This document shows positions 21,101 to 30,657 of a stretch of 64,000 nt of DNA, piece by piece. The stretch comes from a virus: the IMG/VR virus record IMGVR_UViG_3300024348_000007, one strand, 5' to 3'. Numbering within the stretch: the stretch's first letter is position 1; every line of letters starts with the position of its first letter. The position numbers and the translations under genes are program-made. The notes under the pieces were generated by a model. It was not told the origin of the DNA. It searched no databases and worked only from the letters and a program-made list of their open reading frames with translations.

Positions 21101-24100
21101 TATATCTTACCAGCAGTAAAATATGATATGATGCTTGATACTAACTATAATGCTGTAACATCAGGTTTAGCTTATTATGTTAATACTGCAAGAACAAGTT
21201 TAGAAAATCAAAGAAATGAAACAGTTGCTTCATTTAAAAGATTACGTAAAACTACTGATGAATTAATTCAGGCCAATTCTGCTCCTGCTGCTCAAGATGC
21301 TTATGATGCATTCAGCGTAATCATTGACTCAATTTCTAATGTTGGTGATAAGTACACACCAACTAAGGCAACATACGATCCGACAACTGGTGCGATGGTT
21401 ATCACTATTGGTACTCACGACTTAACAGTTGGACGTTACGTTAACCTTGCTGAAGAATCATTTACGTTCACATGTTCAAGCGATAACTTTAAAACAAAAA
21501 TTAGCCATCCACGTAAATCAGAAAAAGCTTACTTAGCTGCGCTTCCAATCGTTGCGGTATCAGCAAAAACTATTACGGTTAACCCTGGATTAACAGCTGC
21601 TAACTTCGAACACAGATTTGTTGAAGCATCTGATAACGCTGTATCAGTAATCGGCGAAGCTATTACATTCAGTGATAACGCTGCAATCTCTGCAGATAAA
21701 CGCAATGCTCGTAAACATCTTCAAGCTAATAAAGAATACGTACAAGATTATATGATGCAATGGGCTGACGATGAATTCTATTTCTATGATAGCAAAAAAT
21801 GCCATAGAGATACAGAAGAATATATTTTACCAGCTGTTCAAAGAGATATGATCCTTGGTACAAACTATAACGCAATCCAAACTGGTGCTGCATATCGTAC
21901 TAAATCAGGCGAAGTTAGTGTTACAGATCAATTGGTAGAAACAGTAGGATCTATTGATTATTTAAAATCAAGAGCTGCTATGTTTATTGGTGATAACTCA
22001 ATTGCTGTTGATAGATCTAATGACTCATTCGATGAAATGAAAAGATTACTTAATAACAATGGTAAGAAATACACACCAACTAATGCATCTTACGATCCTG
22101 CAACAGGTTCTATAGACTTAACTATTGGTTTACACGATTTTGATATCGGTGATGAAATTTATATCGAACCACATAGTTTAGTGTTTACATGCGCACTCGA
22201 TGGCAATGCAACTAAGCATGCTTATCCTGCTACTCAGTTCTTAAACTTTACACCAACTGATGCAACATACAATGTAGCTTCTGGAGAGTTTAGTGCAACT
22301 ATTGGAACTCACACTCTTAAAGTTGGCGATAAAGTTGAATTTAAACCAAATTCTATTGTATTCACTTGCGAGCTTGACAACGACATAACAAACCACCCTG
22401 CACCTGAATCACATCACCCGTTCTATAAGAAACAAATTACTATCACAAAAGTAGATGCTACTAAAATTTACATGAATGTTGGTGGAATTGTTGACGGTGG
22501 TGGTGTTCATACATTTGTATCTGCGGCAGATAACGCGATACAGGCCGAGAAAATACATCCTATATACAAAAAGCCTGTTACGATTTCAGCAAGGACCGGT
22601 ACAACGATTACTGTTAATGTTGGTGAGTCAAGTGATACATCAGTTCATACATTTGTATCTGCAACAACTAATGCAATTCGTGAAGCAGGAATGTGGACAG
22701 GAACATTTACTCCACAAACAGCTACATATGATCCTATATCAGGTGATATGGAAATCACAATTGGTCAGCATGATTTACCAGTTGGTAAATGGATACAAAT
22801 CGCACCTGAGTCAATGGTATTTAGTTGTGATGTTGGCGGTGTAACAGGAACAGATGCTGCTCCGTTATACGATCACCCAGCATATAAAGAACCAGTTAGA
22901 GTAAAAGATGTTACTACTAATACTATTACAGTAAATGTAGGTAATGCAAACGGACATGCAAATAACCACACATTTGTAAGCGCAACTGCGGACTGTATCG
23001 ATGCTAACGCATTATACTTCTCAGATCCTGCTAAAGTATTAAAAGCCTATACTCCAACAACTGCTACATACGATCCAGTAACTGGAGAATTTGTAGTTAC
23101 TCTTCCAGCACACGATCTTACTACTGATGATCATATCGAGCTACAACCACAAAGCTTCGTATTTAGTTGTGCTGCAAACGGTGGAGGTAATGATTATTCA
23201 CCACGTATTGGAGACTTTGCATATAAGTTACCATTAAAAATTAGCGCAGTAACTACAAATACAGTAACGGTTAATGTTGGAAACGCTGGAACAAATACAG
23301 ACGTGCATACATTTGTAAGCGCTGACGAAGGAGCAGTTATTAAAGTTGCAGGTTCTCAGCAAGGTGTATACGCATCTAGAAAATTACAGAAAAACAAAGC
23401 GTATTTACAAGCAGAAGTTGCTGCTTACTTGGATACAAACTATTTCATCTACGATAAAGATAAATGTTCAAGAGATACAGGTTTAATTTTAGATGCAGTT
23501 GCTAGAGATATTCTAACAGACTCAACTGTTAACGCTTACTATGTAGGTAAAGGTTACACGATTGGTACAGTAGGTGCCAACGCAGTAATTAACGAACAAT
23601 TAACTCAAACAGTTGGTGCTATCACTTGGCTAAAAGGTAAAATTGCAACTGAAGTATTAACAGATGCGACAGCGATCACGAGATCGAATGCAGCGTTTGA
23701 TACTGTTATTGATATTATGACAAACGGTATCGGTGGTGCTGCTTTACCAATATACGGTGACTTAACAATTTCACCAGAACATCGTCAAGCAGGTAAAGCA
23801 ATAATTACTAACAAAGCGTTTATCCAAAAAGAAATCATCGCGTTTATCACAGCTAACTATCCAAACTTCGTATATAACACAGCTGCATGCGAAAGAGATA
23901 TGGGTATCTTCGTTGACCTAACCGCATGGGATGTACAAAACGGTTCGAATGCTTTAAGTGCAACTAACTCGAAACTATACTTTGAAAACGCTATCCCAGT
24001 ATTAGACGATGAGGAAGTTGTTCCAACATCGGAAGCATTCTTCTTCGCATCAGATCTAGTTGGTCAAATTGTTAGAAACGAAGTTGTTACTCCACTTCAA

Positions 24101-27100
24101 GGTGTGGTAACTCAAACTATTGTTGAAACAACAACATATACTCCAACAACTGCAACATACGATCCTGCTAATGGCGACTTCGTAATGACTATGCCTGGAC
24201 ATACTGTTTCTCTTAACGACAGAGTTACACTAGAACCAAATAGCTTTACATTCACATGTGCAATGGACGGTGACGATGCTGCTAAAACTTATCCTCGTGC
24301 AGGACTTGATCCATACGCGTTAAAAACATATTTAGTTAAAGAAGTAACATCAAGCACAGTTACATTAGATGCTGCGGCTTCTGGTCCTAACAAATACTTT
24401 ACACCAACAGCCGCTGTTTATGACGCGGCATCAGGCATAATGGAAGTTACAGTTGGACAACACGGCTTAAGAGTCGGTAACGGTGTTGTTCTAGAAAATA
24501 ACTCTTTCACATTTACATGTGATCAAGATAGTAACGCAACACAACATACATATCCAAGAGTTGGTGATCCATTAACTGGTAAATCATTAACAATTACTGC
24601 GGTTGGTGAAACTCAACATACTCCAACAAATGCAGTTCATAGCCCATCAAGTGGTGATACAACAATCACATTAGCTGGCCACGGATTTAGTAATGGTGAT
24701 TATGTAATGATCGCAGATTACGGATTAGTATATACATGCGTACTTGACGGTTACACAGTTGAAAAAGGTTATCCAAGAGCTACTGATTTTGCATCTAACC
24801 GTTGGTTGGAAATTTCAGATGTTACAACTGATACATTCAAATTAAATGTTGGTCCATCTCCATATAACGGTGCTCACACATTTGTATCAGCGACTTCCAA
24901 CTCAATCAGACGCCAAACTGGTACAATGACATTTAATGTTGGTGACGCAGGATCAGCTTCTGGATCAGTACATACATTCGTAAGTGCAACAGCCAACGCA
25001 ATTAAACATGAGCCACAAACTGTACATACATTCGTATCGGTTACTGCTGATGCAGTTAAAGTAGCAAATATGGCAGAAGCTTATACACCAACAGATGTTG
25101 CATACGATCACATATCAGGTGTCATGACAATGACGTTGGGTACACACTCATTTACTGAAAAAGACTACGTAATTTTTGCTGAAAACGCAATTACATTAAG
25201 TTGTGCAAGTAATGGTGGTGGTAACTTATCTCATCCACGTCCTTCAGATCCAATATTCAACAAACCAGTTAGAATTGACTCCACTACTCCAACAACAATC
25301 ACGTTGCAAGTTGGACCAGCTAATGTTAATGCCGCTCATACATTTGTAAGTGCATTAACCGACGGTGTAAGAAGATCAATTAAGCCTGAAGTTTCAGAAT
25401 TAGCTGAGCAGTTATTCTATGATGTTGGCGCTGTTATTAGAGAGAACGATGGAACGATCCCTGCGATTGTTGAACCAGCATTTGATACTCATACCGCAAA
25501 CTATACATTAGGTTCAGAGTTCGAGTCAATCAAAGGTCAATCAATCAAATATCAAACTGAAATCAATGAATATATTACAGAAACATATAACGGTTTAGCA
25601 TACAATATCGCAAAATGTCCAAGAGATGTTGGTTATATTGTTGACGCTATTTCAGAAGATTTAGAATATGGCGGAGACTCTGCTACAATATTTAATGCAA
25701 GATACTATTTTGAAGGCGCTATAAACGTACTTCCAATGTATCAAAGAAAACCTACAAGATTAGCGTTCACTCACATTGCAAATGTAATAGAAAAAGTTAT
25801 AACTAATACTGTTAATGAGCCAGTGTTTGGAACAAGATTTACACCAACAACCGCTACATACGATCCAGCTACTGGTATCATGGAAGCCACGGTTGGTGCA
25901 CACACATTAACAACTAGCGATCACGTTTGGTTCAAGCCAAATGCAATTACATTCTCTTGTGATACTGGTTCAGGTCCAACTAACCACGCAAGCCCAGAAG
26001 CACATCATAGGTTCTTCAATAAAGCATGTCCAATCATCGGAGTAACAGCTACGACTATCACAATGTGGGTTGGAAACGCTGGATCATATAGCGGAGCTCA
26101 TACTTTTGTAAGTGCTTTAACTGATGCTATCTCTCAAATAAACGGCAACATCGTATATCAAGAAGTTGCAATGCAAGCTGCCGATGCCGCAACAGGTACT
26201 GAAGCTAAGAGACTTGCAAACATTATTTCAAATATTGTTGATGATAGATTAGTTATTCCTGATTATCAAGGTTCATTAGATATAACACAACAAACACCAG
26301 AATCTCTTCCTACAGAGAACTTGTTGACTAAACCTAAAATGGATCCTGCTAGAACATTCGCACGCAAATCTCTACAATGGAACAGAACGTTTATTCAAGA
26401 AGAGATTATTCAATTCGTACGCGATAATAACTACACATTTGATGAAGCTAAATGCGCAAGAGATGCAGGCTTTATCATTGATGCGGTTAGAAGAGATGTT
26501 CAAACAGGTTCAACTTATAATGGTAAGTACATTGGTAAATCTTACAGAATTGGTACTGTAGGAGCCGATAAGGTTATTCAAGACCAACTTGCCGAAACAA
26601 TTGAAGGAATTCAATATGTACAAAAAGACATCGAAGCACAACTTTCCGGTGTAGCACTATCTAGAGCTCAGAATTCCTTCAGTAATATTATCAATGCGAT
26701 GGTCAATGACTATACTCCAGACGGAACAAATTATAGTTACGGTGATGGTAAAGTTTCAGAAAATCACGAGTTTGCTCGTACAGGTTTACAATTAAACAGA
26801 GCATTCTTACAAGCTGAAGCTACTGCTTGGGTTAATGTGAATTATCCTGGACTATCGTATGATGTTGCTAAATGCCAAAGAGATACTGGTATCATGGTTG
26901 ATGCAGTATCTTATGACGTACAACATGAGTCAAACTCAGCAATGTTAGATGTTGCTAAACTATACTTTGAAAACGGATTATCAACACTTTCCGCAGATCA
27001 ACGTACACCTACAGCAGCATTATATACACACTTAAGTTCTGTTGCTTCGCAAATCGTTCTTAAACAAACAGTTTCAAAATCTTCTGGAAACACCGAATTA

Positions 27101-30100
27101 CAAAATACTTCTTTCGGAGTTGTAACTGCACCAGTAGCGCAACATATTACATCTCTATGGAATATAGTTGGAGATTTAATTGCTGATGACTCATTAATCA
27201 ATATGCCACAGCTTGTTGAAGCAAAAACAACAACTTCTGGTGCTGATGGTTACTTGTACGAAACAGAAGCTGCGCTTGTAGGATCTCGTAAAGATAATCT
27301 GCAAGCTACAATCACAAACTACTTAAGAGAAAACTTCGGTTATCTCGAGTATGATGAAGATCGTTGTAGAAGAGATACTGGTTATATTGTTGATGCTATA
27401 TCACACGATATCCAATACGGTGGTAACTCTGCAATGCATGGTACTGCTGAACTCTATTTCAAAAATGCGGTTAATATTTTACCTGCTGATCAAAGAGATT
27501 CAACAAGAGAAGCATTTGAACATCTTGGTAAAGTAGTTCGTTGGGTAACACGTAATGAAATGATACCACGTAAAGAAGGACGTAAGTTTACACCTACTTC
27601 TGCAACCTATGATCCAGATACAGGTATCTTTACAGCTACTATGGCAAATCATAATCTTAAAGTTGGAGATTATGTAATGATTGCACCAAATAGTATTGTA
27701 TTCACATGCGCATTAGACGGTGGTGTACATGAACATCCTGCTCCTGAAGCACATCATCCATACTATAATGCACCAATGAAAATTACTGCAAGAACTGGAA
27801 CAACTATTACTATGGATGTTGGTAAAGTTCCTTACGGTAAAGGTGGCGGTGCTCATACTTTTGTAAGAGCTACAATGAATGCGATTACTCACTTAACTGG
27901 TAATACTGTTAAGCAAGAAATGAGTAATATGACTGCAAGAAGATCTATCGCAAACGAAGCGATGGAATTAGCTACGATGTTGGCGAAAGTTGCAGACGAT
28001 AATAGTCCTGCAAATATTCCATCAAGAATTGATCCTGATACAAGTTGGATTGAAACTAACTTGATAACTGCTAAAGCTGCAATAGATAACAACTCTATTC
28101 AGATGGCTAAAGACTTGCAAGTTTATATTTCAGAAACATATAACGGTATTAGTTACTCTAAAGAAAAATGTCGCAGAGATGTTGGTGTGATGATAGACTC
28201 TATTTCACACGATGTTAACTATACAACTAACTATGCAATGTTGATGACAGCAGGCTTATACTTTGAAGGTGCTCACTCAATCTTACCTGCAGATCAAAGA
28301 CAACAAACCGCTAAATTCTTTACTGAAATGGCAAGAGTTGTTGAAGCTATCGTACAAGGTCAGACAGCATATCAAACAGGATTTACTGCCACAAACGCAA
28401 CATACGATGCTGATACGGGTTACTTCACAGCTACACTTCCTGCAGATCACGGATTTAAGATTGGTGATTACGTATCATTCGATCCTGCAAGCTTCACATT
28501 CGCTTGTGATACTGGTTCTGGTGTAACTAACCATGCTGTACCTGAAGCACATCATCCATATTACGATGTACCATGCCCAATCTTATATGTTGAAGGTAGT
28601 GTCATTACAATGTGGGTTGGAGCTGCAGCCACATACTCAGGTGTACATACATTCGTAAGTGCAACTGAAGAAGGTCTTAAGAAAGCAGTAAGAACTTGGA
28701 CTGCGCAAGATAAAACAAATACAAACGCTACCGCGGTTGAAGGTGAAGAAGTTGCAGATCTAGTAAGAATTGTTGAAGATGCAATTAGAAGAGATAATAC
28801 TGATGGTCTACCTGATATTATCGAGCCTAACATAAGTTGGGTTAATGCTTCTAAAGTTGAAGCAGGTAAAATTATCGATGATAACCTCGATGAATTAGCT
28901 GATGATATTACTAAGTTCTTGAAAGATACATTTACAATTATCGATTATTCTAAAGCTAAGTGTCGTAGAGATGCTGGTTATATTGTAGATGCTATGAGTT
29001 GGGACCTTAACTATGGTGGTAACTTGGCAACAAGATGGAACGCTGATTTCTATTATTGGAATAATGAATTACGTATTCCTGAAGACACAAGAGTGGCTAC
29101 TGCTAAAGCTTATCGTCAACTTGGTAAAATAGTAAGTCAAGTAGTTATAGGAAAACTTGCTGGTCAAGCTGTTCGTTCAGAATTAGGTACAACTACACAA
29201 GAAGCTCAAGCAATTAAACTTGGTGATATATTACATAACGTAATGTTCTATGACACACCTCAAGCTCTTGGTCCTGTAACAGAACCTAACTTCGAATGGG
29301 AAACAAACAAAGAATACGGTTTCGCAAAACAAATTCTTGCTAATAATAAAGTTAAACTACAAAGAGAAGTACAAAGATTTATCACTTCAGAATATAAGTT
29401 TATTGACTTACCTAAAACTTATCGTGATGGTCTCAACTTCCTTAAAGTTCTACAAAACGACTTTAATGGCCGTGTAGCTGATCCAGATGTTGGTACAGTT
29501 GGTTCTGATAAAGCTGCAAGATCGTTTGTTGGCGCATTGTTTAATATCGATGCACAACACGTATTCCCAGTGTTTAATCCACCTGCAGCATATACAAATT
29601 GGCGTAGATTGAGATTTAAAGGTACAGTCGATAATGTTCCTGCGTTAGCAACTTTGAACGCGACTTCTAAGAAATGGGATGCTCGTATTGTTCCAACAGA
29701 TCCAAATGCTAATCGTTATGTAGGTGCTATTTACGTATATAACGGTGCAGGTGCTTGGAACATTGTATCTGAAGGTAATAACAATACAGATTTATTACTT
29801 GCCTTCACTGAGGCGTGGTCACGCATGAAAACTTATATAAATACAAATATCGCTCCTGATGTAACACACCAAACGACGGTAACAGAATTGATTGATAACG
29901 TAATTATAGACAGTGTTATTAGACCAGACTTCTTGACCTTTGGGTCGTTAGTTGAATCTATCGCGCACCAGTTTAACGGTGCTTCAGCTGGTGTTAACAG
30001 AAATGCGTTGCCGCTTAACTTCAGAAACGTTGGTGCTGCTATCGGTGCTAATGCTTCGGTATTATCAGAAAATGGTGGTCGTATTAGATGGTCAGGATCA

Positions 30101-30235
30101 GACGAATTAAACAACCAGTACTTCGCAAGAGGTCTTAAGATTAATGGTAGAACAGGTCGAATTGAAGGTAGACCATTTACCTCATCTGTTAGAAAACTTG
30201 CCCGAAGGGCATCAAATAGTAGGGCAACTCTATAA
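18194..30235 (+). CDS. Giant (4013 aa) modular virion structural protein: pentapeptide-like beta-helix region, pectin-lyase-like segment, ~11 helical C-x-R-D repeats and 12 TPT-ATYDP beta modules
   Basis: Single uninterrupted ORF after a late promoter. Repeats are visible in the translation, and VHVASDGNDDYPGT..PVRTLKRA is a typical beta-helix entry motif. Confidence 0.8.
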   Translation: MSLISELGPIKGANTRSEDLFVIVNLIQGDDGTKNITRKEMVQALQYEIFNRITITGGTISNVTMSSSTLNTVIINDSAYNNGTITGSALSSVSIINSTANNLTITSSDFSDGTGNNNIFTNTTLIDSDILDSDANNMLIDNSDFSNGTGNNNVFTNSRIDNSDFANVAIEGGTANNLTLTNVIIDEIVLEDALMSNSVIITTDFSNGTIRDTAISGNTTIVDANFSNGDIRDTDLDNVDITNSRFSNGQIWDTTVSNSTIIDTTANNIVMTSSIISSSALNDSTANNVNITNSDFSDGTGNNNIFTNTTIQDGTLANNVITNSSFQGTLDNVTAQNMTITSSSTEGLGQQKSVIENSEFKDGTVSNSSIEESTLVDFDMDITRTFEPMLDEDSYFALKNVKTGDTEKMTYRQLYNEFSKKTEKSLKVHVASDGNDDYPGTILQPVRTLKRAEKIALEKAGGSYDRNAINDAVHISVGPGTYYVDEPVMLPDDCSMTSTAGQYATVIQKKPGWERTNGILVGSGCYVQGFSYMNFEVDNFDQPEGGFAIAYRPGALLRRSPYLRDSTQLSNFNRLDVEPPLNPFNSKGTILDLGQEFYLVAGHSAQTQFEVDDEVTFSSGATGYVSYIADIDTNRQIYVRNLKGNVEVGDILYAQRGGTGTIESIGIDDFPNRLVGRGGGCLLADRAQLDTDSLYTYVLCFGFTPRTQNGTGYVAKNGAGVNGIGSLSIFTRQAFFALDGGQMTLNNSGSQFGDISMRARGSTVIIRPAEATAANLTANSAFADVIEENKQEIVDDMVYHLTTPVASGGLGYQGYNADKCFRDTGIIVDNTGYDIATNGNYWGRLNGISYRSPISYLVVDEQLTETTGSIEHLKDSMTSSDGGIFGYASSTVRARIDTSLNETLNILQNGEEAANPIIFADTGKSDQTAAREVVQVNRDLIINEFVDWIDNNDEFYAYDSVKCERDVQEYILPAVKYDMMLDTNYNAVTSGLAYYVNTARTSLENQRNETVASFKRLRKTTDELIQANSAPAAQDAYDAFSVIIDSISNVGDKYTPTKATYDPTTGAMVITIGTHDLTVGRYVNLAEESFTFTCSSDNFKTKISHPRKSEKAYLAALPIVAVSAKTITVNPGLTAANFEHRFVEASDNAVSVIGEAITFSDNAAISADKRNARKHLQANKEYVQDYMMQWADDEFYFYDSKKCHRDTEEYILPAVQRDMILGTNYNAIQTGAAYRTKSGEVSVTDQLVETVGSIDYLKSRAAMFIGDNSIAVDRSNDSFDEMKRLLNNNGKKYTPTNASYDPATGSIDLTIGLHDFDIGDEIYIEPHSLVFTCALDGNATKHAYPATQFLNFTPTDATYNVASGEFSATIGTHTLKVGDKVEFKPNSIVFTCELDNDITNHPAPESHHPFYKKQITITKVDATKIYMNVGGIVDGGGVHTFVSAADNAIQAEKIHPIYKKPVTISARTGTTITVNVGESSDTSVHTFVSATTNAIREAGMWTGTFTPQTATYDPISGDMEITIGQHDLPVGKWIQIAPESMVFSCDVGGVTGTDAAPLYDHPAYKEPVRVKDVTTNTITVNVGNANGHANNHTFVSATADCIDANALYFSDPAKVLKAYTPTTATYDPVTGEFVVTLPAHDLTTDDHIELQPQSFVFSCAANGGGNDYSPRIGDFAYKLPLKISAVTTNTVTVNVGNAGTNTDVHTFVSADEGAVIKVAGSQQGVYASRKLQKNKAYLQAEVAAYLDTNYFIYDKDKCSRDTGLILDAVARDILTDSTVNAYYVGKGYTIGTVGANAVINEQLTQTVGAITWLKGKIATEVLTDATAITRSNAAFDTVIDIMTNGIGGAALPIYGDLTISPEHRQAGKAIITNKAFIQKEIIAFITANYPNFVYNTAACERDMGIFVDLTAWDVQNGSNALSATNSKLYFENAIPVLDDEEVVPTSEAFFFASDLVGQIVRNEVVTPLQGVVTQTIVETTTYTPTTATYDPANGDFVMTMPGHTVSLNDRVTLEPNSFTFTCAMDGDDAAKTYPRAGLDPYALKTYLVKEVTSSTVTLDAAASGPNKYFTPTAAVYDAASGIMEVTVGQHGLRVGNGVVLENNSFTFTCDQDSNATQHTYPRVGDPLTGKSLTITAVGETQHTPTNAVHSPSSGDTTITLAGHGFSNGDYVMIADYGLVYTCVLDGYTVEKGYPRATDFASNRWLEISDVTTDTFKLNVGPSPYNGAHTFVSATSNSIRRQTGTMTFNVGDAGSASGSVHTFVSATANAIKHEPQTVHTFVSVTADAVKVANMAEAYTPTDVAYDHISGVMTMTLGTHSFTEKDYVIFAENAITLSCASNGGGNLSHPRPSDPIFNKPVRIDSTTPTTITLQVGPANVNAAHTFVSALTDGVRRSIKPEVSELAEQLFYDVGAVIRENDGTIPAIVEPAFDTHTANYTLGSEFESIKGQSIKYQTEINEYITETYNGLAYNIAKCPRDVGYIVDAISEDLEYGGDSATIFNARYYFEGAINVLPMYQRKPTRLAFTHIANVIEKVITNTVNEPVFGTRFTPTTATYDPATGIMEATVGAHTLTTSDHVWFKPNAITFSCDTGSGPTNHASPEAHHRFFNKACPIIGVTATTITMWVGNAGSYSGAHTFVSALTDAISQINGNIVYQEVAMQAADAATGTEAKRLANIISNIVDDRLVIPDYQGSLDITQQTPESLPTENLLTKPKMDPARTFARKSLQWNRTFIQEEIIQFVRDNNYTFDEAKCARDAGFIIDAVRRDVQTGSTYNGKYIGKSYRIGTVGADKVIQDQLAETIEGIQYVQKDIEAQLSGVALSRAQNSFSNIINAMVNDYTPDGTNYSYGDGKVSENHEFARTGLQLNRAFLQAEATAWVNVNYPGLSYDVAKCQRDTGIMVDAVSYDVQHESNSAMLDVAKLYFENGLSTLSADQRTPTAALYTHLSSVASQIVLKQTVSKSSGNTELQNTSFGVVTAPVAQHITSLWNIVGDLIADDSLINMPQLVEAKTTTSGADGYLYETEAALVGSRKDNLQATITNYLRENFGYLEYDEDRCRRDTGYIVDAISHDIQYGGNSAMHGTAELYFKNAVNILPADQRDSTREAFEHLGKVVRWVTRNEMIPRKEGRKFTPTSATYDPDTGIFTATMANHNLKVGDYVMIAPNSIVFTCALDGGVHEHPAPEAHHPYYNAPMKITARTGTTITMDVGKVPYGKGGGAHTFVRATMNAITHLTGNTVKQEMSNMTARRSIANEAMELATMLAKVADDNSPANIPSRIDPDTSWIETNLITAKAAIDNNSIQMAKDLQVYISETYNGISYSKEKCRRDVGVMIDSISHDVNYTTNYAMLMTAGLYFEGAHSILPADQRQQTAKFFTEMARVVEAIVQGQTAYQTGFTATNATYDADTGYFTATLPADHGFKIGDYVSFDPASFTFACDTGSGVTNHAVPEAHHPYYDVPCPILYVEGSVITMWVGAAATYSGVHTFVSATEEGLKKAVRTWTAQDKTNTNATAVEGEEVADLVRIVEDAIRRDNTDGLPDIIEPNISWVNASKVEAGKIIDDNLDELADDITKFLKDTFTIIDYSKAKCRRDAGYIVDAMSWDLNYGGNLATRWNADFYYWNNELRIPEDTRVATAKAYRQLGKIVSQVVIGKLAGQAVRSELGTTTQEAQAIKLGDILHNVMFYDTPQALGPVTEPNFEWETNKEYGFAKQILANNKVKLQREVQRFITSEYKFIDLPKTYRDGLNFLKVLQNDFNGRVADPDVGTVGSDKAARSFVGALFNIDAQHVFPVFNPPAAYTNWRRLRFKGTVDNVPALATLNATSKKWDARIVPTDPNANRYVGAIYVYNGAGAWNIVSEGNNNTDLLLAFTEAWSRMKTYINTNIAPDVTHQTTVTELIDNVIIDSVIRPDFLTFGSLVESIAHQFNGASAGVNRNALPLNFRNVGAAIGANASVLSENGGRIRWSGSDELNNQYFARGLKINGRTGRIEGRPFTSSVRKLARRASNSRATL

Positions 30236-30657
30236 TGGCAATTTACACAATAGCAACATCACAGGCGCCTGATGCAAAACCGGTCGCCAAATCCTTTACA
30301 TTGACTACCAACTGGTTGCCAATGATAGAAGTACCAAATTATGAAGTCCCAGAGCTAGTCTTTGGGGGTTCAACTACAACAGAACCTGGCGTTGGTGAAG
30401 TTATTTCACCACTCATTTTATGTAACATTACCGCAAACACGGTAGCGGTTGATGTAGAAGTACATAGAGAAGCTGAGAATGCAGAATTTTATCTAGTTAG
30501 AAATTTACAAATTCCAGGTTATGAAACTATTCCATTACCTCTTAACGGGCAATTTTTTAAATCAGGTGATTTATTAAATCTGAAGGCTGATACAAACTTA
30601 GCAATTCATGCTACGTTATCGTTTACACTGGGCCAAGCCGAAGAGGATGACGTCTAA
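30235..30657 (+). CDS. Hypothetical virion-associated protein
   Basis: 140 aa, translationally coupled (TAATG overlaps) on both sides. Confidence 0.7.
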   Translation: MAIYTIATSQAPDAKPVAKSFTLTTNWLPMIEVPNYEVPELVFGGSTTTEPGVGEVISPLILCNITANTVAVDVEVHREAENAEFYLVRNLQIPGYETIPLPLNGQFFKSGDLLNLKADTNLAIHATLSFTLGQAEEDDV

